Assembly (NCBI RefSeq): GCF_036321535.1
Contig: NC_087437.1
Coordinates: forward strand, 101,000,001-101,064,000
Direction of reading: 5' to 3'
DNA: 64,000 bases
From: Camelus dromedarius
Lineage: Eukaryota
Both the position numbers and the translations under genes were made by a program. How positions within the stretch are numbered: the stretch's first letter is position 1; each line of letters begins with the position of its first letter. Under the pieces are notes generated by a model that ran no database searches, was not told where the DNA came from, and saw nothing but the letters and a program-made list of their open reading frames with translations. This document shows positions 55,025 to 64,000 of the stretch, piece by piece.

Positions 55025-55370
55025 CAGCAGACATTAGTTGATTATAATCTTTGTGCCAGGCATTGTTTTAAGAGGTTGAAATTACACTGGTGAAAACATA
55101 TGGTTCTGGTACTCAAGGAGCTCACTGTTAGCAGATGTGAACATATGTAAACTAATATGTAATATAGTGCTATCAAGTGCCATAAAAGAGGATGTGGAAA
55201 GACATTTCATGGTAAAGAAGGCATCATGTGTCGTATAAAGTGCTTACACCTAATAGTGAATTTGGGTCCTGCTAATCAGAAAAAACTGGCATTTGTAGAA
55301 AGACGTGAGGCTGCAGGGGTAAGTCAGATGAGATTAGACAATAAAGAGCCTTAGATGATACATGAGGCAA
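55025..55370 (-). mobile_element. L2 3'-end fragment
   Basis: tgtgccaggcattgttttaagaggttgaaattacactggtgaaaa...ctcaaggagctcactgttag. Confidence 0.75.
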
Positions 55371-55784
55371 TCGTTTCTTCTATATACCCTATCTATAATT
55401 AATGGCTTTAAATATAATTTATACATTTATAATAACCAAATGTACAGCTCAAACTTTGATTTCTATTGCTCTTTAGTAAGTAGTATGTCAGTACTATTTC
55501 ATGAGAGATTTGTTATGGTGGGATATAGCTCAGTGGATCTGGGGGCTTATTAATAACACTAACAGTATTACTACTAATAATAATAGTAAAAACTGTTGAA
55601 TCTCAATTTTGATTCATTCACAATGTAGTCTCATTTCAAACAATGCTGTGATACAGGCATTATTTCCCTGGTGTTACGGAGAAAGATTTGAAAGTACAGA
55701 GAAATCCTTAAGTATCAGAGTCAGGATTCAAAAGATCTGTCCTTCTGAAGTGGGAGCTTACGTTATGAAGTACAGAAAAAAGAT

Positions 55785-56185
55785 GATGGATTGACTTTTG
55801 AACATTTTGATTTTGAGAAGGAATTGGGAACTCTACGTGTATTAAAGAGGCTATTGAATATTTTTGAAAGAGGTTCTTGAAATGATCTTACACAGAGACT
55901 TGTTCTTAAATGTCATATAAGGGGCAGGTAGAAGACTGAGTAAAATGCTGAGATTATTTGTGTAAAAAATAACAAATAAGGCAAGAATAAAACCCTGAAT
56001 AACACAACATTTCATAAACAGAGGAAAATGAGCAAGCAAAAGAGAATAAAGGAGTTTAAAAGGTAGAAAAAAATTAGAACCTGCTATGATATAGAAACCA
56101 AAGGAGGGTGCTTCAAGTGATTGAAGATGGTCAGTGTTAGTGCTGCAGAAAGATGAAGATGGAAAGTTGGCTGTAAAGTTCAATT
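55785..56185 (-). mobile_element. L2 fragment
   Basis: ttttgaacattttgattttgag...tagaaaccaaaggagggtgcttcaag...tggtcagtgttagtgctgcaga. Confidence 0.6.
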
Positions 56186-59100
56186 TTATGTGGATCTTAT
56201 CTCCTCTACTCATCTAAGCTGAAAAGAACTTTTAACTTAGAGCCAAAGAATTTCTAGCATTTTTATCTGGTCTCATATCTCTCCAGTTAGAACAAAGATA
56301 TTCTATAAAGTTGTCATACTTGTCAATAATGCCTTGCTTGAATATTACCATCCAGAATTGAATCGGTGAAGTTAAAATCAGTGCAAGAAATAAAGTGTAT
56401 TTCAGGTAAATTTTATTTACTTAGGGGAATTTCTAGAAGAGTTTGCTAATAGCCTAACATTGCTCTTCTCAGTCAAGACTTACTAAAGCTACAAAAGTAA
56501 TGAAAGAATCAATATAAACACATTAGAGGTATATTTTGGTTGAATCAGAGGTAGTAACACTTTAACTCTTACCTATCTACCCTGAACCCATATTCCTCTA
56601 CCTTCTTAAAGATTCTTTTTGTTCTTGGCAGCCATAGCCCTTATTAATTATCAAAGAGTAAGTATTTGACATCGTGTAAACACTTATTTTGGCAATGTCT
56701 TCTTTTGAATGGAATCCAGGAACTTCATGGGAAGGAACGCATATGAAGGTTCAGATATCCACAAATGTGTCTGATAGAATGGGGAAGTCCTAATAGAATC
56801 AACTCTGCAGGGAGGAAAACAGGATACTGCCCTATAAGTTGTTCAGAGAGAGGTGGGAGACTGATGTGGTGATGCATAGAACCAAGGGGGCAGAGGTCCC
56901 AGGAGTAAGGTGAGTCCTTGTGAAAATTATTTTGTTTCCATGTCACCATCCTATCAAAACCTAAACTCACAAGGTCTGAGAGAATCCATACTTCTATTTA
57001 GAGTAGAACAGTTTTTTTTTTTTTCCATGCATCTTGTAATGTTTTCAAGTCACAAAGAGATACCCAGGCTGTTTCTCCCCAGAAAGAATTTGTAGAAGAG
57101 GTCAGTTTCACAATGCACCAGACTCTGTCGATTAATGCAAACATATTTTCATTACTAGCAACTACACTAATCTGCTAGAAAACAATATGGTTTAACAAAC
57201 TACAGTGATGCTGTGAAAACAATGAACAGACTGCTTCATATATAGAAGTCAATAGCAGATAGATTATATATTATATATGAAAAATAAAATAATGTATCTT
57301 GTCCACTCTTTAGTGTTTAATCTGACTTTTAATTAGGACATGTAGAGTTTTGCTCAGAAGAATTTCTAGAGCTCTTAAATGCCAGGTCAATTAGCGGAAC
57401 CATACGTTATCCTCAATCAAATTCAGATTATCAAATGTCTTGAGTTTCCTAAATAAAGTGCACTATAATTTTTCTTTTTCTGTTCTTGGTTGTTAATGAC
57501 TGACTTCCTTCAAACATCAGGACCTTTGCTGACATGGCCATTTATAATTTATAATGCTCTTTTTTTTTTTTTGTCTTCAACACATGTCTTTTTTAATTCC
57601 TTCATCTTCTGGCATTTTGACTCAAAAACAAAACAAGGTAAAAAAAAGCTATCTGTTTTATTGTCTATAAATTTGAATAGCCATTTTTGTTTTTACTGTC
57701 TATATACTGAAAAGAATCTTTCCATTTACCTGTAGCACAGTGAGGATTTCTACATTATACTAAAACATTATATACCACCAATAGCTCAATTATATATATT
57801 TTTATAGTTCATTACCCAAACCATCTCTCTCCCTGAGAAATCCAGACATTTAGATATGCCTCATTGATTCACAGTAGATATGCCAATCTGGATGGAGTTT
57901 TTGAAAAAGCATAAAAAGAATTGCAGAATTAAAAACAACTGCACTCATTTACATGCATACTATACTGGTGTTCTTGTCTGTTCCTTTACTGCACCAAGAG
58001 TACTTTGAGCCCATGGAATACTGTTGTACTCGCTTAAAGAAGATTCTAAAGCCATGTTCAGAATCTGATCTCTATGTTGAACAATTGACCTTCTCCGAAG
58101 TCAGTCTTATCAATTCTGTAATTTGTTTAGCAGACTACAAACGTGAATGCACAGGAGAGTTTCTTGCACTTCAGGGTCAACATTATTTTGAACTGTGTTC
58201 TCTAGTTTTTGAGACTGTGTGGCTGTATCAGAATATAGGGGTTATCACCAGAGAATACTGTCACGTTATCCTAACCATTATGTTTTCTAGAGAGTCTTTG
58301 ATGCACTTAAGGTCAAGCATTATTATTAATGGTACTATGATTATTATGATAAAAATTTTACTCAACTGCAACCTGAAACGATTCCCCACCTCCTTTAATA
58401 TTTTACACAGCTGTGTCTGTCAGGATTCCTTTTAAAAGACACAAGTACATTTCAAGAAACACTTAGGTCACACATAACCCGTGATGTTTGATTTATGATC
58501 TCTGAAAGGACACATGGGGCATACAATATTCACCTATAAAGTTGTTGTGGGAACCATCAATTATCTTCTACGTTACGGCAGATTCCAATAGGTTTGATAA
58601 AATGTTTATTACTGATTATTACACAGAACTTGCCACTCAAGTTGTCTTTGTTGTAACCCCAGCAGCATTGTTGAACACATTTTAATGGAGATACCCGGCA
58701 TATTGTAGGAAGTATGCTCAAAACCTATTAACAAAAACTATCTCAAGAAAAACAATTTTGTAAAAAATTCCATTTATCATTGATATAACTTTGTAATAGA
58801 CTATTTTATTTGTTTTTTAATCAAAAGTAACACTGAGCAAACACTTCAAATAATTTCAAAACTTTTTTCAAATCAAACAAGATAGTTATGTAGAATTCTG
58901 ATAACCATGTCTATCTTATGTTAAAATCTTTCATTCAACAAATCAGTCCTGGTATTAAAATTGATTCAATATTTACTGACAAAACTATAGTAAAGAAATG
59001 AGATTTTTCTCCATTTTATTTAAGAAAATTAAATAATTCAGCCAAAGAACTCATTATAAAAAGAGAGTGGCATTCAAATTCCTACTCCTCATTCTGTGAA

Positions 59101-59814
59101 TCTAAATAGTAGATTATGTGCTTCATTTTACCATGTTGAAAATGTCTATTTTCCCAATACTTAAATTGCTATTTTTTAATAATGACATTTTAATATTTAA
59201 TTATTGGGCAGATGTTGCTTATACTGTAGGATATTTTTTTCTTCTTATCTGAAACTCTTGAGTGTTTATGTGCTGTTTAAATCTCTATTCATTGTTTTCA
59301 AAGTTGAGTTTTTTGAATGATTATAAATAATTTTTCATGGGTACTATTACATTTTGATGGCTTTATTTACAAATTTATTAAAATAAGCCTATAGAATAGA
59401 ATGTTGTGGGAATAAAATATGAATGTCCCAAAAGAACCCAACAAAAAACTAAAAACAAACAAAGAAACAAACAAAAAAAGCTGGCTTTCCATGAAGGAAG
59501 TGAGTACTAGGTCTAGATAATCAAGAAAGCTAACCAATGAGTTATAAGATTAGAAGAACAAGATAAAATAGGGGTTCTTTTAGAACTTCCAGTGCTAAAT
59601 GAACTCTATCAGGATCACAGTAAGATAGAGTACTCAGTAGTAGGCTAATTACCTTTCTCAATTTGAGATGGCTCAGGTCTCATTGGAAACAATTAGGATT
59701 AAATATGTTCCTTTATAAGACTCTGGTTCTATTCAACAGATATATGATGTATTTACATGCACAATATCCGAAATTTCTGGAAAACTCCTACAGTTAAGGA
59801 AAAACTCAAATCCA

Positions 59815-59932
59815 AATATATGCATGTATTTGTGCATATATATGTATATATGTGTGCATTTGCATGTACATGCATATATTTGTATATATGTATATATATG
59901 CATGTATTTGCATGTATATGCATGTATGTATT
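59815..59932. repeat. Degenerate (TA/TG/CATG) simple repeat
   Basis: Directly visible; contains the palindrome TGCATGTACATGCA at 59861-59874. Confidence 0.9.
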
Positions 59933-60591
59933 TCTTTCATGGGAAATTGAAGCAAAATAGTAAATATCATTGTCAAGTGTTTTAAATTCATAAACTCTTT
60001 AATCTTTAGTGAGGAAGTGTCATCAGGGAGATAATCCATCTTTTCTTCCACCTTCCCCTTTGTGAAGTTCACCTTAGCAAGGCTTGTCAATCCTGGGAAA
60101 CACTTTCATTATCTTAGGCCTTATGCTTAGAAGTACATCACTGAGAATCATTCATAATAGTCACATAATTTTCCACTGACTGATTGCTGTCTGCTTTCAA
60201 AGAGCAATCATTTGTAATCTTATGATAGGATGGTGAGTAAGCACCATCTTATAGCAGTTCCGTTCCTGTTAACCTTTCTGTTAACGTCACGCTTTGTTTA
60301 CAACAAAAACAAATTAGTCAGCACTTTTGTAATTTTCACTAGTGGCACAGCTTTTCTCTCTGATTCAAAAACAAAATCCTTGATTGATGTGTTCATTAAA
60401 TTCTGACTTTATTTTTTGTCCATGTATAGTATTAAAAAACAGCACATGTGATTATTTTGAAAGAGATTTGGAGTCTGAGACAAATCAAAACTAGACTTCT
60501 ATCATCCGTCATATGCTCTTAAGAACTGATTGGATTCCTCAGCTGAGTTGGTTTCAGCATGTTTTAGATTATACTCTTGTGCATGTGCCTC

Positions 60592-60626
60592 TGTGTGTGT
60601 GTGTCTGTGTGTGTGTGTGTGTGTGT
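60592..60626. repeat. (TG)n microsatellite
   Basis: Directly visible. Confidence 0.95.
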
Positions 60627-62923
60627 ACCACATAGACCACATGGATATCTTGTGAATACTTTATACTTAAGAAAACAGAGGAATGTTATGCAATGGTTCC
60701 AGCAACTAATAGATCTTGAACTCCTCCTGTTTTAGATAACAATTGAGTAAATGTGGACACATATTGATTACCTTTCTAGAAATGATTGTTTCCTGTTTCC
60801 TTTTTGGCTCCTAATCCTTGGCATGAGAAGTTGATACATTAATATTGCTTTGCCACAAAGATGTGAAGGTTTATTGCCTGGAAATTATGTATGACATTTC
60901 AATTAGTTTTATAAAACATCTGTGTACATGTGATACACAAAGAATTTATAGTTAGCTTTAATCCACACAACGTAAACCATATGAAAGTATTTTTTCCTTC
61001 ACTGCATAACCTACTATTAATTTTATTAATAAGCTTAATTGTCAAATCATACAAAGCCCTTGGATAATGACAAAGGTCAAATCCTCTGTGCTGGACATTT
61101 AAAAATATTTTTGAAATGTCAAACTAATTTAATACATGAGGTTCTTTCCCTTCAGTCATTTTGTTCAATAAGTGTTTGTACCACTTTTTGCCTGAGGGGA
61201 GAGTACATTCTCTAACAAAAAGACAGAAAATGAAACAGTGACTATCACTGACGTAGGTCAATGCCAGAAATATTTTTTAAAGTTTTATTAATAAAGTTAA
61301 CAATCTATGATTTGATTAAATGCTGACAGGTGGTACTTTATCAGCTGCTCTTAGAACACCTACTACTTTTGTATGATGATTCTCATTGCTGTGATAATTT
61401 GAATTGCCACCATCAAATAATATTGCTGATGGTGCAACACTATATAGTGTCAGGTCTAATGCTGTATCTCAAACAAGATGATGTGGTTCCTGCCTTCTAA
61501 CTATATGGGGGCTAGATGAGAAATATCTAGTGACAACAAACTCAACAATATCTTAATATTTTTTCAAGGTCATTGGCAAATTTTATCATACCAATGAAAA
61601 TACTAAGTCAACTGGAATATATAAAACAAATAAATTATGCATGACAACCCACTTGGTCAAAGGTTTACTACAAAATTCTCTTAAAGAGAGGGTTTATCAC
61701 AGGACCCTAAATGTAAGTGAATTTATAAAACTACAATGAAATGTGCATTTTTAGTAATAGTTTTATTACTTAAAGTTTCAAACAATATGCAGATACATGC
61801 AAAGTCATATTCCTATGAAATTTCACTTTTTTGAAGTTCTGGGTGGAACTGGTCATGGAAGGATGTAGAAAGAAGGTCTCTGCTTTTTAAAAAAGCTTTA
61901 TATTATTTAGAGATACTTTATTGAAAGTTTATTTTCTATCCAAACTTTTCTTTTAATCAACTTTTTACTTTTCCAGCACTCATTTTCTTTTTAAAGCATT
62001 ATGATACAATCACGTAATTTGATGGAGGAGGGAAAAAAAATGTTCTTTTAAAATTGTTCGCTCTTGTTTCCAACCCCAACCAACTGGGTTACATTTTCAG
62101 TGCTTTAAAATGTGATGAATAGGAAATTGAGTCATTTAAACCTATACATCACCCAGGAAATGCACAGAAAGGAATCTGAAAGCTAAGCGACGTTTTTTTT
62201 TGTGGGTGATAATAAGCTCAGGATTTCATCAGACTTTTACAACAGCTAATAGAGTGAAGGATGGCATAGCCTCACAATAGGAGAGATAATGTTCCATTCC
62301 CACAGGAGTTACATAATACCAATCACAGGAGCACTTCGTCCTTAACAAAAGACCAAATGAGTTCTCTGGGAGTTACTTAAAATATAGCCCAGGACAATAG
62401 AGATACTGAATGTGAGTGTGTATTGTTCACAGGAAAGGAGAGGGCAGTGAGAACTGGGCAAAGCAATAGGTGTATCTGAGACAGCCTTGCTGCCGAGATC
62501 CCCTGACATCACATTTGTACTTGCAAGTTTTAGCATGGCCTCAGTTCCTTCTCAGTCAATCCCCGTGAGATTTAAAGTTTTCTGAGGCCAAAGAGAAGTG
62601 GAGGGATTCATTCTGGTAGTCATTTGTCAAATTCACCTTTATGGTTAGAAAAGGTAACTCGTATTTAGAAAATTAACTAGGCTCTTCACAAAGAAGATCT
62701 GAGACTTCTAGTTTCATAAATGATTGCATTGGACACATTCATATGATTCAGTTAAACACTTTAACTTATAGGGCAATGACCACTGAATCCCTATCAGCAT
62801 CTCAGTACATAGAATTTAATTGATTTAATGTTTTAGGCAGTTCTCACTAGAAATAAAGAAAAGTTTTCAAACATTAATGATCCAACTAGAATGATTTCAA
62901 GAAAAACATCAACTATTAGCCTC

Positions 62924-63414
62924 TATATTAGTTAGGGTTCTTCAGGAAAAAAACAGGAGAAAGGAGAGAGAGAGAAAGAGACGAGAGATGATAAGGAATT
63001 CACTCGTGATTATGGAGGCCTGCAAGTCCCAAGATCTGCAGTCTGCAAGCTGAAGACCATGAGAGCCAATAGTGTATTTCTGGCCCAAAGGCTGGTGGGA
63101 TTAAGATCTAGGAAAAGATGATGTTTCATTTTGACTCCAAAAGCAGGAAAAAAAAAACAACAGCCCAGCTTAAGGGCAATCAGGAAGGAAGAAATCCCTT
63201 TACTCTGTGGAGGGTCAGTCTTTTTGTTCTGTTAAGCTTTCATAAGATTAGATGATGTCCACCAATATTGGGGAGGGTAATCACTTTACTCAGTCTACGA
63301 ATTCAAATGTTAATCTCATCCAAAAACATCTTCACAGACACACCTAGAGTAATATTTGACCAAATGTCTGGACAGCTTGGGGTCCAATCAAGTTGATACA
63401 AATTAACCATTATA
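62924..63414 (-). mobile_element. MLT2 LTR (3' LTR of an ERVL provirus)
   Basis: tatattagttagggttcttcag...gattatggaggcctgcaagtcccaagatctgcag...caagttgatacaaattaaccattata. Confidence 0.9.
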
Positions 63415-64000
63415 GCCTAGCCCTTCTCAACATGGTACTCATAAGCATCTCCTTAAACCATACTTAATCTCCAAAGAACAACAATAAGAAGGTCATGATT
63501 CCACCTACCGTGATACAGAGATTTTGCATATAATAAAAAGCTCATTAAATCCTTCCCCAGAAAAGAAAGTAAAGATCTTGAGTTACATTTACTCTTCTTG
63601 ATGCCCTGTAACTTAAACAGTATAGTGTAGAACTGACAATAGTAAACACTACGATATTGAGTCAATACATCCTACATTACATAATAAGATAATAAGAGAG
63701 GTATGAAAACAAAGATATTTTCTACACACACATCCTATAACATATTCATAAAGAGGTCCTTACTTCTGTAACTGGTCATGTGCTCAAAGCTGTATTTATG
63801 ACTAACTTTTTTTATTACCCATTCTGCATTCCCTCTGTTTTCAGTAGGCACCTCAGCTGGTGGTGGGTTTTACCTGGTGGGGTGACACAAACCTCCACTA
63901 GTAGTCCTGCCCATGTTGGATTATAGTTTTCCACTGACCATAATCTAAATCATGGTACCAAGATATGCTTTAAGAAACCTCCTATATTGCAGACATGCTC
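63415..64000 (-). mobile_element. ERVL internal region (3' end), continues beyond the window
   Basis: PPT-like aagggctaggc abuts the LTR on the minus strand. Frameshifted pol-terminal peptide EVCVTPPGK.../PPAEVPTENRGNAEWVI at ~63885-63814. Confidence 0.8.

Noticed and set aside
55517..55537. gggatatagctcagtgg resembling a SINE/tRNA A box
   Set aside because: No B box or tail follows; too short to call.

Overview
AT-rich, CpG-poor mammalian genomic DNA, gene-poor and probably intergenic or deep-intronic. A tRNA-derived SINE with vic-1-type head and tail at ~36.2 kb suggests a camelid genome; I saw no Alu, B1/B2 or BovB/Bov-A elements. I recognise no known protein-coding gene, rRNA, true tRNA or CRISPR array, and many ORF-track entries are repeat or microsatellite artefacts. 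Much of the window is interspersed repeats: L1 fragments of several ages (two with twin-priming inversions and target-site duplications), L2, MIR, CR1, MaLR and MLT2 LTRs, a clean 500-bp ERV1 solo LTR with a 4-bp TSD, the 3' end of an ERVL provirus, and Tigger/MER5 DNA elements. There are two very long pure-pyrimidine microsatellites. The most intriguing non-repeat signal is a chain of four GT-AG-bounded minus-strand exon candidates (10723-3949) that splice in phase into a 154-aa ORF ending TGA-AATAAA. It has no homologue I recognise and could be a lncRNA, an orphan gene or chance. Repeat family names come from recalled consensus similarity, not a database search, and boundaries of old repeats are approximate.
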